DNA of 64,000 nucleotides, taken from contig JBILLS010000001.1 in NCBI GenBank assembly GCA_044375955.1, positions 189,942 through 253,941 on the forward strand, in the 5' to 3' direction. Position 1 is the first letter of the stretch; the number at the start of each line of letters is the position of its first letter. The stretch comes from Candidatus Nanopelagicales bacterium. Lineage in GTDB: Bacteria > Actinomycetota > Actinomycetes > S36-B12. The position numbers and the translations under genes are program-made. The notes beneath the pieces are model-generated. The model saw only the letters and a list, made by a program, of their open reading frames with translations. It was not told the DNA's origin and did not search any database. Positions 44,250 through 54,731 of the stretch are shown here, piece after piece.

Positions 44250-45463
44250 GCCAACAGATGGCGGTGCAGCTGACCGGTGTGGGCAAGCGATTCATGCGCC
44301 ACGCCGATCGCCGCAGCACTCTCAAGGAGCGCATAGTCCGAGGTCGTTCCCGCACGACACAGGACTTCTGGGCCGTTCGCGACGTGAACCTGGACATCCC
44401 GCGCGGGAGCGTCTACGGGCTGATTGGCCATAACGGATCGGGTAAGTCAACGCTGCTGAAGCTCATCACCGGCATCTACCGCCCGACCGAGGGACGCATC
44501 ACTGCTCACGGCCGAGTTGCCGCGCTCATCGAGCTCGGTGCTGGTTTCCACCCCGATATGACCGGACGCGAGAACATCCGCCTCAATGGTTCGATCCTCG
44601 GGCTGAGCAGGTCGGAAATCAACGAGGCGATGGACACCATCATCGACTTTTCCGGCCTGCACGAATTCATCGACGATCCGGTCAAGCACTATTCGAGTGG
44701 CATGTACGTTCGATTGGGCTTCTCGGTGGCCGTCCACATGCGCCCCGACGTGCTGCTTGTCGACGAGGTCCTCGCAGTTGGAGATGAAGAGTTCCAACGC
44801 AAGTGCTTCGACTACCTCTACACCCTGCGTAAGGAGGGACGCACGATCATCGTCGTGAGCCACGGTCTGGGTCAACTCGAGGGACTCTGCGACGAAGTCG
44901 CGTGGCTGGACCATGGCGCGGTCCAGGAGATCGGCGCTCCCACATCGGTCATCGCTTCTTACCTTCATAAGGTCAACGCCGATGAAGCGCGCGGCAAGGC
45001 GGGCGCCGCTGCTCACAGGTCCGACGACACGATGCGTGCCGGCAACGGGAGCATCCGCTGCACCGGAATACGACTGATCAGCGCCCAACGCGCCCCCCTC
45101 GATCACGCGGAGACGGGCACCACGGTCGGTCTGTCAGTGGACCTGCGCTGCTTCGAGCAGGTACTCGGCCCGAACATCCGTTTCGCAATTCAGCACGAGA
45201 CGGGTCCGCTGGTCTCGATGGTCAGCAACCATCGCCGAGGGATCGACTTCGGGTATGTCGACGGCAGCCACACCGTGACCGCGTTTCTCACCGACAATCC
45301 GCTGCTCCCGGGCCGTTACCGCGTCCATGTGGACGTCTTCGATCACACGGGCAGTGTGCTGATTGATAACTGGGATGATGCACTCGAGTTCACCGTGCGC
45401 AGTCCTCGAGGCGAGATCGGTCAAGGGGTTGTCGAGTTGCCGTTCACCTACGAGATCACCTGA
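44246..45463 (+). CDS. wzt: Polysaccharide ABC exporter ATPase with C-terminal extension (Wzt_C-like)
   Basis: Internal ATG 44246 of ORF 43853..45463 (ATGA overlap with the wzm stop). Walker A GHNGSGKST, signature YSSGM, Walker B VLLVDEVLAVGD. About 150 extra C-terminal residues. Confidence 0.9.
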   Translation: MSQQMAVQLTGVGKRFMRHADRRSTLKERIVRGRSRTTQDFWAVRDVNLDIPRGSVYGLIGHNGSGKSTLLKLITGIYRPTEGRITAHGRVAALIELGAGFHPDMTGRENIRLNGSILGLSRSEINEAMDTIIDFSGLHEFIDDPVKHYSSGMYVRLGFSVAVHMRPDVLLVDEVLAVGDEEFQRKCFDYLYTLRKEGRTIIVVSHGLGQLEGLCDEVAWLDHGAVQEIGAPTSVIASYLHKVNADEARGKAGAAAHRSDDTMRAGNGSIRCTGIRLISAQRAPLDHAETGTTVGLSVDLRCFEQVLGPNIRFAIQHETGPLVSMVSNHRRGIDFGYVDGSHTVTAFLTDNPLLPGRYRVHVDVFDHTGSVLIDNWDDALEFTVRSPRGEIGQGVVELPFTYEIT

Positions 45464-45465
45464 CC

Positions 45466-47196
45466 GTGCACCTGGCAGAAACCCACCCCCTGATTCGCGC
45501 AAGGCGCCGCGCTGGGCGCATCAAGCGCTGGATCAAGCGACGTTGGTGGGAGCGGCGAATCGGTGAGCAGTACAAGGCATGGCTGGCTGATTCCCGGACA
45601 CGTGAGTCGAGTTCGGTGGATAACGTGATCCCCATCGCAGTGATCGTTCCCGTCTTCAATCCGCCGGTCCGCTTCCTTCACGAGTGCCTGGACAGCGTGT
45701 GTGTGCAGTCGGCTCGAAACTGGCAGTTGATCGTGAGTGATGATGGCTCGAGCGACCCCGACGTGGTCACCTTCCTGGACGAATTCACCCGCACGCACGA
45801 GCAGGATCGGCGGATCGTCGTCATCCGAGCCGCCAATGGGGGGATATCGGCGGCGCAGAATCGCGGACTTGAAGCAGTGACCTGCGACTACTTTGGATGG
45901 CTCGACCACGATGATCAACTCGATCCCCGAGCCATCGAGATGATGAGCGAGGTGATCCACGGGGAGGCTCCTCGCCCACAGGTGGTCTACTCGGACGAAG
46001 ACAAGATCGATTCCGCTGGTCGACACTACGAGCTGTACTGCAAACCCGATTTCTCACCGGAATTGCTCCTGACTCAGATGTATCTGTGTCATTTCACCGT
46101 CTTCGAAACGGCCCTGGTGCGTCGTCACGCAGGCTTCCGCAGCTCCATGGATGGCGCCCAGGATTTCGACCTCGCCCTCCGGTTGCTGCCCGAGCTGACC
46201 CGGGTGACACATATCCCGAAACCGCTGTACCACTGGCGTGCATGGAGTCAGTCGACGGCGCTCACCATCGATGCCAAGCCGTGGGCGCAGTCAGCTGGAG
46301 CAGCAGCACTTCAGGCCTACCTGGACGGCCAGGGCGGCGGTGTTGTTCAGGCCAGCCGATACCCCGGACTCAATGACGTGCACCCGCGTGTCAGCACACC
46401 ACCGCCCGTATCCGTGATCATCCCCACTATCGGGACACGGGATCGCGGTGCGGGAACCCGACTCGTGGACCGTGCGATCGCGACGCTGCGGGCAGCAGAG
46501 TCACACGTTCCTCTCGAGGTGATTGTGGTCACGACCGGTGAGCTCGACGCGATCCACGGTGCCGACTCTCAGGTGGTGTACCTACCCGACGGTGTGTTCA
46601 ACTTCGCGGCAGCGATCAATCTCGGGCGCGCACATGCCCACGGTGAGTACCTACTCCTACTCAACGACGATGTCACCGCGGACGCACCTGCACCGGTCAC
46701 ACGGATGCTCGAGATCGGTCAGCGCCCAGGCGTAGGTGCCGTCGGAGCCAAGCTGACGTACCCCGACGGGCGACTACAACACGCGGGGATCGTGCTTCTC
46801 CCGAGCGGTCCCACACACGTCCACATCGGAAAGCCGGGAAACCACCCGGGTTACTTCGGATCCACTCTCACCCCGCGCAACTACCTTGCCGTGACCGCGG
46901 CGGCCATGTTGACGCCTGTACGCGCGTTCGATGAGGTGGGCGGGTTCGACACCACTTTCGCGCGGGACTTCAATGATGTTGACTATTGCCTGCGCCTGTA
47001 CTCGCATGGGTATCGCGTAGCGTGGACGCCCTACGCACACCTCACCCACCATGAGGGGGCTTCTATCGTGCGCAAGGCAGCCGACCCCGATGAGTTCCAC
47101 GCATTCCAGAAGCGTTGGGGCGGTCACTACCCGGTCGACCCGTACTACTCACCCGCATTGAATCCTCGACTCGAGCGGATCTACGAGGCGCTATGA
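45466..47196 (+). CDS. Two-domain family 2 glycosyltransferase
   Basis: 576 aa. GT2 block 1 IAVIVPVFNPPVRFLHECLDSV...LIVSDDGSSD. GT2 block 2 VSVIIPTIGTRD...LLLNDDV. Confidence 0.8.
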   Translation: MHLAETHPLIRARRRAGRIKRWIKRRWWERRIGEQYKAWLADSRTRESSSVDNVIPIAVIVPVFNPPVRFLHECLDSVCVQSARNWQLIVSDDGSSDPDVVTFLDEFTRTHEQDRRIVVIRAANGGISAAQNRGLEAVTCDYFGWLDHDDQLDPRAIEMMSEVIHGEAPRPQVVYSDEDKIDSAGRHYELYCKPDFSPELLLTQMYLCHFTVFETALVRRHAGFRSSMDGAQDFDLALRLLPELTRVTHIPKPLYHWRAWSQSTALTIDAKPWAQSAGAAALQAYLDGQGGGVVQASRYPGLNDVHPRVSTPPPVSVIIPTIGTRDRGAGTRLVDRAIATLRAAESHVPLEVIVVTTGELDAIHGADSQVVYLPDGVFNFAAAINLGRAHAHGEYLLLLNDDVTADAPAPVTRMLEIGQRPGVGAVGAKLTYPDGRLQHAGIVLLPSGPTHVHIGKPGNHPGYFGSTLTPRNYLAVTAAAMLTPVRAFDEVGGFDTTFARDFNDVDYCLRLYSHGYRVAWTPYAHLTHHEGASIVRKAADPDEFHAFQKRWGGHYPVDPYYSPALNPRLERIYEAL

Positions 47197-48878
47197 CCCG
47201 GACGAGCTCGGTAGGCGGTCGACCTCTGATGATCGTGGGAAATGAGTCGGTACTCACTCCCGATCGGTTGCGGACCATCAACGAGCGTCTCGATCAGGAT
47301 CCCCGCATCGCGAGCGTCTCCGTCGTTGGCCACCCCGATCCCCAGCAACAGTTCCTCCGTGCGACCGCACCCGCGGGTTGCGCCGTCGTGATCGCCACAG
47401 ACGTCATGGCCCTCACCGGACCGGTGACCGCCTCCGCCACGCCAGCCGACCTCGCATCGTGGGCACGCTTAGCATCCGACCGCGGTCTGTGGCACGACTG
47501 GTGGCTGACTCCCGACGTGGATGTCGCTCGCGCACCCGTTGCCTTTCCGATGTCTCCGGTGGACCGGGTCGAGGTCACCGACGTCACCACGGCCCACCAC
47601 CACGCGATCGGCGAACATGTTGCGGATCCCCATGCGGTGTCGATCACCGTCGATGGAACCTGGCTTGGCCCGCACCAAACCGGGGCGCAGGTTCTCACGA
47701 CGGCCGCACTGGAGGCCCTTGCGGTACACCCGAATATCTCCCGCCTGCGCCTGGTGGGGGTGACCCGTCTACCCGCGTACGCGGCGCATCTGGCCGAGTA
47801 CCCGCGTATCGAGATCATCGAGACGGAGCAGGCAGCGGACGAGGAAACGACCGACGTGATCTGGTACCCCAACCAGATCGACCACCGGGTCGATATCTCC
47901 TACGCACGCTCCCTCGGACGCCGCGTCATCACCACCTACCTGGACCTCATCGCATACGACATCCCCCGTTACCACGCCTCCGAGGAGGCATGGGTGGCCT
48001 ATCGCGCCCTGCAACGGCGTATCGCCCTCAGCGTCGATGGCATCACCACGATCAGCGCGGATGTCGCTCAGCGTCTCCTCCTGGAGGCGCCGCGGCTAGA
48101 TCCCGCGCGCGTTCAGCCAATACCCCTAGGTCTGGATCACATCGCCGCAACGGCCACCGAACCCGGTGAAGACCTCACCTCGCTGCTACCCGCACTCACG
48201 GCACGTCCCTTCGTGCTCGTTCTCGGCAACGACTTCGGTCACAAGAACCGCGACTTCGCAATCCAGGTCTGGGAGCAGGTTCTCGACAGAGGGGTGAGTT
48301 GCGATCTGGTCCTGGCAGGCCTCCATGTCCGGTCAAGTAGCTCGAAAGATGCAGAGGATGCACTGTTGCGCCGCCATACGAATCTCCGCGGATCTGTCCA
48401 CCGCCTCGGTCACGTGGACGCAGCGTCAAGAGAGTGGTTGCTCGAACACGCCGGTGCCGTCCTCTATCCGAGCAGTGCCGAGGGTTTTGGATTCGTTCCT
48501 TACGAGGCAGCGGTCCTGGGAACACCCAGCACGTTCGTGGGTTTCGGTCCTCTGGCGGAGATCTCCGGCGTACCCGACCTTCCCACCCACTGGTCGATCG
48601 ACCAATGCGCCGCAGATCTACAGAGTCTCCTCACGGATCCGGAGTCCGCACGGGGCCGTGTTCGCGCACTCGACGATGCACGCGCGCGGCTCACCTGGAC
48701 CCGCTTCGCTGACGCCCTGGCGGAGTTCATCGTGCACATCGACGCCATGCCGCCGGTCGAAGCAGCATTGGTTTCGGGAACCAGCTCCGACACCGCCCGC
48801 CTTACCGCAGTGCTGAACAGCGCCACGTGGCGCATGACCGCGCCGTTGCGCCGACTGGGAAAGCGCAGGAAGCGCTAG
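47193..48878 (+). CDS. GT4-type glycosyltransferase with N-terminal extra domain and SW[KR]xTAPLR tail
   Basis: Internal ATG 47193 of ORF 47115..48878 (ATGA overlap). EX7E-like block [20 protein letters not shown]. Ends [20 protein letters not shown]. Confidence 0.8.
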   Translation: MTRTSSVGGRPLMIVGNESVLTPDRLRTINERLDQDPRIASVSVVGHPDPQQQFLRATAPAGCAVVIATDVMALTGPVTASATPADLASWARLASDRGLWHDWWLTPDVDVARAPVAFPMSPVDRVEVTDVTTAHHHAIGEHVADPHAVSITVDGTWLGPHQTGAQVLTTAALEALAVHPNISRLRLVGVTRLPAYAAHLAEYPRIEIIETEQAADEETTDVIWYPNQIDHRVDISYARSLGRRVITTYLDLIAYDIPRYHASEEAWVAYRALQRRIALSVDGITTISADVAQRLLLEAPRLDPARVQPIPLGLDHIAATATEPGEDLTSLLPALTARPFVLVLGNDFGHKNRDFAIQVWEQVLDRGVSCDLVLAGLHVRSSSSKDAEDALLRRHTNLRGSVHRLGHVDAASREWLLEHAGAVLYPSSAEGFGFVPYEAAVLGTPSTFVGFGPLAEISGVPDLPTHWSIDQCAADLQSLLTDPESARGRVRALDDARARLTWTRFADALAEFIVHIDAMPPVEAALVSGTSSDTARLTAVLNSATWRMTAPLRRLGKRRKR

Positions 48879-49738
48879 CGACCAAGTAGTCGCAGGAGGT
48901 AGTCCCCGTAGCCGCTCTTGACCAACGACTGGGCCAGAACCGCTAGCCCCTCATCGTCGATCCACCCGTTGCGCCACGCAATCTCCTCGATGCACCCGAC
49001 TTTGGTCCCGGTGCGGTCCTCCATGACACGCACGAACTCCCCCGCGTCCTGGAGCGACCGGAAAGTGCCCGTATCGAGCCACGCAGTGCCTCGCTCCAGC
49101 AAGGTCACACTGAGTCGCCCCTCGTGGAGGTAGTACTCGTTGACCGCGGTGATTTCGAGTTCACCACGCGCGGATGGCGTGATGCTCTTGGCGACATCGA
49201 CCACCGTGGAGTCGTAGAAATACAGGCCGGGTACCGCGAAGTTGCTCTTCGGCTGGGCTGGCTTCTCCTCGATCGAGAGCACCGTCCCCGCAGCATCGAA
49301 TTCCACGACCCCGTACTCCGACGGGTTCGCCACCTCGTAGGCGAAGACATGGCCGCCGGCGACGGAGGTCAGCTCGGAAAGTCGACGTCCCAGTCGCGGC
49401 CCGTAGAAGAGGTTGTCACCCAGGATCAATGCTGCCGAGTCGCCTGCGAGAAACTCTTCCGCGATCAGAAACGCCTGGGCCAAGCCTTCGGGCCGGGGTT
49501 GCACGGCGTAGGCGAGCGACATGCCCAGCGGTGCCCCGTCGCCGAGGAGACGAGAAAAGGCCGGCGAATCCTCCGGTGTGGTGATGACGAGGATTTCGCG
49601 GAGCCCGGCCGCCATCAACGTGGCCAGCGGGTAGTGGATCATCGGCTTGTCATAGACGGGGAGCAACTGCTTGCTCACGCCCTTGGTGATCGGCCACAAC
49701 CTGCTGCCGGTTCCACCGGCCAGGATGATGCCCTTCAC
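48875..49738 (-). CDS. rmlA: Glucose-1-phosphate thymidylyltransferase
   Basis: 287 aa. [38 protein letters not shown]. Confidence 0.95.
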   Translation of the reverse strand: MKGIILAGGTGSRLWPITKGVSKQLLPVYDKPMIHYPLATLMAAGLREILVITTPEDSPAFSRLLGDGAPLGMSLAYAVQPRPEGLAQAFLIAEEFLAGDSAALILGDNLFYGPRLGRRLSELTSVAGGHVFAYEVANPSEYGVVEFDAAGTVLSIEEKPAQPKSNFAVPGLYFYDSTVVDVAKSITPSARGELEITAVNEYYLHEGRLSVTLLERGTAWLDTGTFRSLQDAGEFVRVMEDRTGTKVGCIEEIAWRNGWIDDEGLAVLAQSLVKSGYGDYLLRLLGR

Positions 49739-50598
49739 GAGCCCAGGCTATCGCTGTTCCGGGGAGCCAATCCGCGAGCGCTCCCGCGCACCTTGGCCCA
49801 CCGATCACCCTCCAGGAGCAGGCCGAGGGACTGATTCACGACCACGCGCCGCATCGTGCGTAGGGCATGACGTGGCGACATCCGAAACTCGGCGGGCAGC
49901 AGCGAAAGTCGATTACGTATCATCGACGCGCGCCGCTCGGGAGAGTGACCGGTGACTAACACATCACGACCGAAAACCGTCACCGAGTTCGCGGCACCGA
50001 GTTGGTGTTCCAGGACCGTTCCCGGAACCAGCCCGATCTGGTATCCACGCTCACGTAAACGCAAGCAGGCAGCGGCATCCACCGCGTCGATTCCTAGTCG
50101 CTCGTCGAATCCACCGACCCGGGAGAGCGCGGCGACGTTCCATGCGGTTCCGGTCTGGATGATCTCCTCAGTGGTGGGCAGGCCATCGAAGTTGCCCGAG
50201 ACGGGATAGTGCATGTTCCCGGAAGTCAGTGATATTCGTTCGGTACCGAGTGCGCCGAAGGTCGAATCACCCACCAATTCGATCGCATTCCGCATCTCGA
50301 CGAGGTAATCGCGTGAAACCTCAGTGTCCTGGTCGAAGGTGAACAGCCACGACGCTCCGATCTCGAGCGCGTAGCGAAGCCCGTCATTGAGTCCGCGTGC
50401 GATTCCTGCATTCGCCCGGTGACGCACGACGGTCACGACATCGGACTCTACGTCTCGTAACACGTCATCACTGCTGCACGGACTCGCGTCATCACTGACG
50501 AGCAGGGGCATGTCCGAAGCAAGCACATCGATCAGCCGGCGAAGTGATGTGTCCTCGGGATGGAATGTGGGAATCACCGCGCACATGCTGGAGAACAC
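49735..50598 (-). CDS. Family 2 glycosyltransferase (rhamnosyltransferase-like)
   Basis: 287 aa. [10 protein letters not shown]...LLVSDDASP...FTFDQDT. Its stop overlaps the rmlA start (ATGA). Confidence 0.75.
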   Translation of the reverse strand: MFSSMCAVIPTFHPEDTSLRRLIDVLASDMPLLVSDDASPCSSDDVLRDVESDVVTVVRHRANAGIARGLNDGLRYALEIGASWLFTFDQDTEVSRDYLVEMRNAIELVGDSTFGALGTERISLTSGNMHYPVSGNFDGLPTTEEIIQTGTAWNVAALSRVGGFDERLGIDAVDAAACLRLRERGYQIGLVPGTVLEHQLGAANSVTVFGRDVLVTGHSPERRASMIRNRLSLLPAEFRMSPRHALRTMRRVVVNQSLGLLLEGDRWAKVRGSARGLAPRNSDSLGS

Positions 50599-50629
50599 GC
50601 GACGATGCTAGTCCCGATACCATCCGAGT

Positions 50630-51748
50630 ATGGCATCGCCGACGTTCTACGTCGCCTCACCATTGGGTGAAAGGACCGCAGGGCCAGAACTCCTCACACA
50701 ACTCGTCGACGCTCTGCGACGGCGCCACCTCGAGGCCTACCTCATCCCGATGTGGACATACCGTGGACGACGCAATCATCCGGAGTACGACAGGTACGAC
50801 TTCGAAGTCGCAGATCGGATCGCGGATCCCGACAACGCCGTCCTGGTTGTGCCCGAGGTCAGTCCCATCGAATCATGGCGTGAACTCGCGAAGGTGCCTC
50901 GGGAGCGAACCTGGATGGGATGGTTCAGCGTCAACAACTCCGCCGACCCCCGCGCCCGGTACTACAAGCCATCGGAGGCAACCGGCTCGATGTATCCGCC
51001 CGGTTTCTCGCCGAGCACGCCCCCGCAGCCTCCGACCGGGGGTCAGCAGCCACTCGGCTCCACCCTGCCGGATCTCTGGCGCGAGGCTCGACGCAGGACC
51101 GGTGAGTTCGGCGGCGGCCTGCGCGCAGCCGCGGTGCAGACGGTGTCGATGCGCTACGCACGCACAGTCATCGAGAGCCCGATTCGATTCATCGCGCAGT
51201 CGTTCTACGCGCAGGGTTTCTGCCGAGAGGTGCTTGGCCGAGATGCGCTGGTGATGACGGACCCCATGCGCGTGGTCGATATCGGTCCGGTGCGCAAAGA
51301 ACGCAATGTCGTGCTCTTCAACCAGGTCAAGGCGAGTTCCCATGCCGAGGCGCTGGCTCAGCGTCTGCCCGACGTGGAGTTCCGGCCACTCGGAGGCAAG
51401 CCCTACGACGACGCTATGCGTGACCTGGCGAGTGCCACGCTCTACATCGAGCTCGGTCATCTCCCGGGCCGCGACCGACTTCCGCGGGAGGCGGCGTTCT
51501 ACGGCACCCCGGTTGTCACCCTCTGTCGAGGCGCTGGGTACCTATGGGCCGATGTCCCGCTCCCGGTCGAGGATCGCATCCCGTATCTCGATAACTGGGA
51601 GACGCCGATGGTCGAGGCCATCCAGCGCGTCATCGCCGATCCGCACGCAGCACTTGAGCGCCAGGCGTCCTACCGAGAGTGGGTCGTGCACGAACCTGAG
51701 CGCTACGAACGCGCAGTCGATGAATGGGTGGCCCTGGCGGTCACGTAG
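50630..51748 (+). CDS. Hypothetical protein, possibly a divergent GT-B fold glycosyltransferase
   Basis: 372 aa. Only a weak GT-B-like C-terminal block (LYIELGHLPGRDRLPREAAFYGTPVVT). Pro-rich internal linker. Confidence 0.45.
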   Translation: MASPTFYVASPLGERTAGPELLTQLVDALRRRHLEAYLIPMWTYRGRRNHPEYDRYDFEVADRIADPDNAVLVVPEVSPIESWRELAKVPRERTWMGWFSVNNSADPRARYYKPSEATGSMYPPGFSPSTPPQPPTGGQQPLGSTLPDLWREARRRTGEFGGGLRAAAVQTVSMRYARTVIESPIRFIAQSFYAQGFCREVLGRDALVMTDPMRVVDIGPVRKERNVVLFNQVKASSHAEALAQRLPDVEFRPLGGKPYDDAMRDLASATLYIELGHLPGRDRLPREAAFYGTPVVTLCRGAGYLWADVPLPVEDRIPYLDNWETPMVEAIQRVIADPHAALERQASYREWVVHEPERYERAVDEWVALAVT

Positions 51749-52670
51749 AGAAAACTTGTTCGCGGAAGCGCCACTCTTCCGTTGGTAGCGGCGCTCCGAA
51801 TAGCCGATGCCGCACGTGACTTGCGGTGACGGATGTCAACGCGCGCGTGATTTCCGGGAGCGAGCTCGGGTGCGCGGCGACATAGCGACCGAGCCACGCC
51901 ATGAGGTGGGCGTCATCGCGGCGGGCGACGGCATCGAACTTTGTGCGGAAGGAGTCCGCCCGGCCGTAGGTCACGATCGTGGGCGTCGACAGTTCCTCGA
52001 CGTAGGAATTCTGAAGTGACGCCGCCGCTGCCATCTCAATGCGCATCCCACTGGGCTTCGTGAAGGGGAAGTCACGCATGCGCAGGAACGTCTCCAGGGT
52101 GGTGATCGCACCACTCATGTTGATGTAGGTCGGTTGCACCAGTTGGTCGGCGATCCACTCGGCTACGGTCATGCGCAAGGGGCCGGGCAAAGGGAAGCTT
52201 GTCCAGGAGTCAAGAACCGATTGGTCGACTCCGCGGCCAAGGTCATCCGGGTCATCGGCTGCCATCGCCCAGGGACCCAGGTAGATGGTTCCTCGGCGCA
52301 GTGGCCAATTCCCATGGGCGTCGACGATGGCGCGGATCCCCGCCGGGCGAAGTTCATCGTCGTGAGCGAACCAGTAGATCCAGGTGTCCCGGCCATAGCC
52401 CATTGCCTCGACCTGGGTCACCCAGAAGTTCTGGTGCTCGATCCACCCGAGTTCCCGACCTGTCAAGACCACGTCACAGCGCGGCAACGACCGTGCAGCG
52501 TCAAGGGCCACGCGATGGTCGGCACTCTCGGGCTCGGAGTTGACGCTGATCACCACACGCTCAAACCAGGGTGCGGCCTCAGGCATCGTGTGCAGCGCCC
52601 GACGAAATCGATCTCCGCCGCGATAGACGGGAAGGATGAGAACGGGACGGACGATGGCCGTCGCGATCAT
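51741..52670 (-). CDS. GT-A-like (family 2-like) glycosyltransferase candidate
   Basis: 309 aa. PVLILPVYRGGDRFRRAL...VVISVNSE...FAHDDE. Confidence 0.5.
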   Translation of the reverse strand: MIATAIVRPVLILPVYRGGDRFRRALHTMPEAAPWFERVVISVNSEPESADHRVALDAARSLPRCDVVLTGRELGWIEHQNFWVTQVEAMGYGRDTWIYWFAHDDELRPAGIRAIVDAHGNWPLRRGTIYLGPWAMAADDPDDLGRGVDQSVLDSWTSFPLPGPLRMTVAEWIADQLVQPTYINMSGAITTLETFLRMRDFPFTKPSGMRIEMAAAASLQNSYVEELSTPTIVTYGRADSFRTKFDAVARRDDAHLMAWLGRYVAAHPSSLPEITRALTSVTASHVRHRLFGAPLPTEEWRFREQVFST

Positions 52671-52738
52671 TTATCGAGGTTAACAGAGCACCTATTGCCT
52701 TGAAGTCGCGCGTGAGACCCCTAGCAGATCCGTGAGCC

Positions 52739-54718
52739 CTAGAGGCCAAGGAGCCGGGCTTGCGCATCGAAGTCCTTGACCGCGGCTCGGACCTCCACGA
52801 AGGTTCCTCGCGCCACGATGTGTCCACGATCAAGGTAGAGGACCTCATCGGCATTGCGCACTGTCGCAAGTCGGTGGGCGATCGTGATCGTCGTGACCGT
52901 ACCCTCGAGCTCTTGAAGAGTCGCGATAATGGCGATTTCCGTCTCGGCATCGAGTGCGCTTGTTGCCTCGTCGAGAACGAGAAGCTTGGGTCGGGTATAG
53001 AGAGCGCGAGCAATCCCCAATCGCTGCTTTTGACCACCAGAGAGTCGAAAACCACGTTCGCCTATCGGAGTATCAAGACCTTCACGCTGATCACGTAGGA
53101 AGTCACTGATGTGCGCGCGTTCAAGGGACTCCCATACGAGGTCGTCACTCACCAGATCACGTGGAAGCCCGAGGGCAACGTTCTCCCGCACACTTCCCTC
53201 GATCAGGGCCACTTGCTGGGGCACGTAGGCGATGGCCCCTGGCCACCGGTCGATGGCGAGCCGTGGATCCAGGCCACCCAAGAGTGCTTCTCCCGAGTTG
53301 GGTGTCACGACTCCGAGGATGATGTCTGCAAGCGTGGACTTTCCCGCCCCCGTCGGACCCACGAGTGCCACCGACTTACCGGCAGGGACGTGGAGCGAAG
53401 CATCCGCCAGAGCAGGCTCCCGTGCTCCGTCATAGGTAAGGGTTGCGTGATAGATCTTCACCGAAGCAACGAAGTCTGGATACCCGGTGTGAATGTGTTG
53501 GCATAAGACTTCCGCCGTCATGCGTTCTCCGGTATCTGCTGCCTGATGTCGATTTACGAATTCAGCCATGTAGAAGGTCGGCTGAGCCATGATGCTGGAG
53601 TTTCGAATTGTGATTCCAGCGCCCTGGAGGCGAAGCAGTGCCGGCATGATCCGCGACCCGGCTGCGAGGAAGAGTGCGACGGTCGAGGCTGCTGCCGCCC
53701 AGTCCTTCGTCAGGAACTGGACCACGCCGAGCACAAGGATCCCAACGTAGAGAGCTACTTCAAGTGCGTACTTGGGTATTTCAGCAATGAATGAGTTTGA
53801 TGCGTAGGCAACCGCAGATCGCTCAGCAAGATTCTGATAACGCTGCGCGTAGAGATCTCGCCGATTCAGGACAGTCGCCTCACGGTACGTGGACAGTGCC
53901 TCAGAGACGGCCGTTAGTGAGTCGATGGAAGCGTTCTTGAGAATGGTGGCATTCCGAGCCGTCCAGCGCCCGAGAATCCGATGCATCACCAGAACGATGA
54001 CGGTGAAAAGTGCGACTGCGCTAATGGTGAGTAAGGGATCAAAGGCGAACAGACTGACGCCGACGATTACGAAGAGGAAGACTTCTGCTGCGATGATGAT
54101 CGCGGAACTCAGAAGCGACACAGTAGCTGCTGACGTGCCAGTTCCCAAAGCGTAGATCGCCTCTGAGGATGTCCAGCGTTGCACGTCGGTGAGGGGGAGC
54201 CTGAGGAATGCGCGAGAAAGTCGAGTCGCCAAGTCGGCCTGCTGGCGGGCGAGGAAGACCGTGATGACGCGAAGCAGGAGAGCTGAGGCAAAGGTTTTTC
54301 CTACCAGTATGGTGACCGCAAGGAGCGCGAGCAGGACACTCAGCTGAGAGACGGTGAGGTCTCCCAGACCTAAGCGATCCAGCAACTGTTGAGCGACAGG
54401 CGGTATCTGGCTGGCACCGATCCCCGACACCGCAACAGCCGCGACGAGACCGATGAGGACTATGCCGATCAGGTCGAGCACACCCATCGAGATCTGAGCG
54501 AAGGCTGCAAGCACGAAGACACGTCTTTTGGGAGAGGGGAGAAGGTTGATCGCCTTTCGCACCGAAGAGATCACACTCTGTTGCGGAAAGTCGACGACAT
54601 TGAGTCCGCCGTGTGCAGCAGGTGGCTCGGGAACACTAGTGGCCTCTGCTGACACGCTCGCTACTCTAGCCGTCATGGATGCACAGTATTTCCCACAAAT
54701 CTCCCCACACACGTACAT
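52739..54718 (-). CDS. Fused TMD-NBD ABC exporter (MsbA/PglK-type half transporter)
   Basis: 659 aa. Six TM helices, then Walker A GPTGAGKST, signature LSGGQKQR, Walker B LLVLDEATS. Start is ATG 54718 or ATG 54676. Confidence 0.85.
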   Translation of the reverse strand: MYVCGEICGKYCASMTARVASVSAEATSVPEPPAAHGGLNVVDFPQQSVISSVRKAINLLPSPKRRVFVLAAFAQISMGVLDLIGIVLIGLVAAVAVSGIGASQIPPVAQQLLDRLGLGDLTVSQLSVLLALLAVTILVGKTFASALLLRVITVFLARQQADLATRLSRAFLRLPLTDVQRWTSSEAIYALGTGTSAATVSLLSSAIIIAAEVFLFVIVGVSLFAFDPLLTISAVALFTVIVLVMHRILGRWTARNATILKNASIDSLTAVSEALSTYREATVLNRRDLYAQRYQNLAERSAVAYASNSFIAEIPKYALEVALYVGILVLGVVQFLTKDWAAAASTVALFLAAGSRIMPALLRLQGAGITIRNSSIMAQPTFYMAEFVNRHQAADTGERMTAEVLCQHIHTGYPDFVASVKIYHATLTYDGAREPALADASLHVPAGKSVALVGPTGAGKSTLADIILGVVTPNSGEALLGGLDPRLAIDRWPGAIAYVPQQVALIEGSVRENVALGLPRDLVSDDLVWESLERAHISDFLRDQREGLDTPIGERGFRLSGGQKQRLGIARALYTRPKLLVLDEATSALDAETEIAIIATLQELEGTVTTITIAHRLATVRNADEVLYLDRGHIVARGTFVEVRAAVKDFDAQARLLGL

Positions 54719-54731
54719 CGAATGCTGCTAG

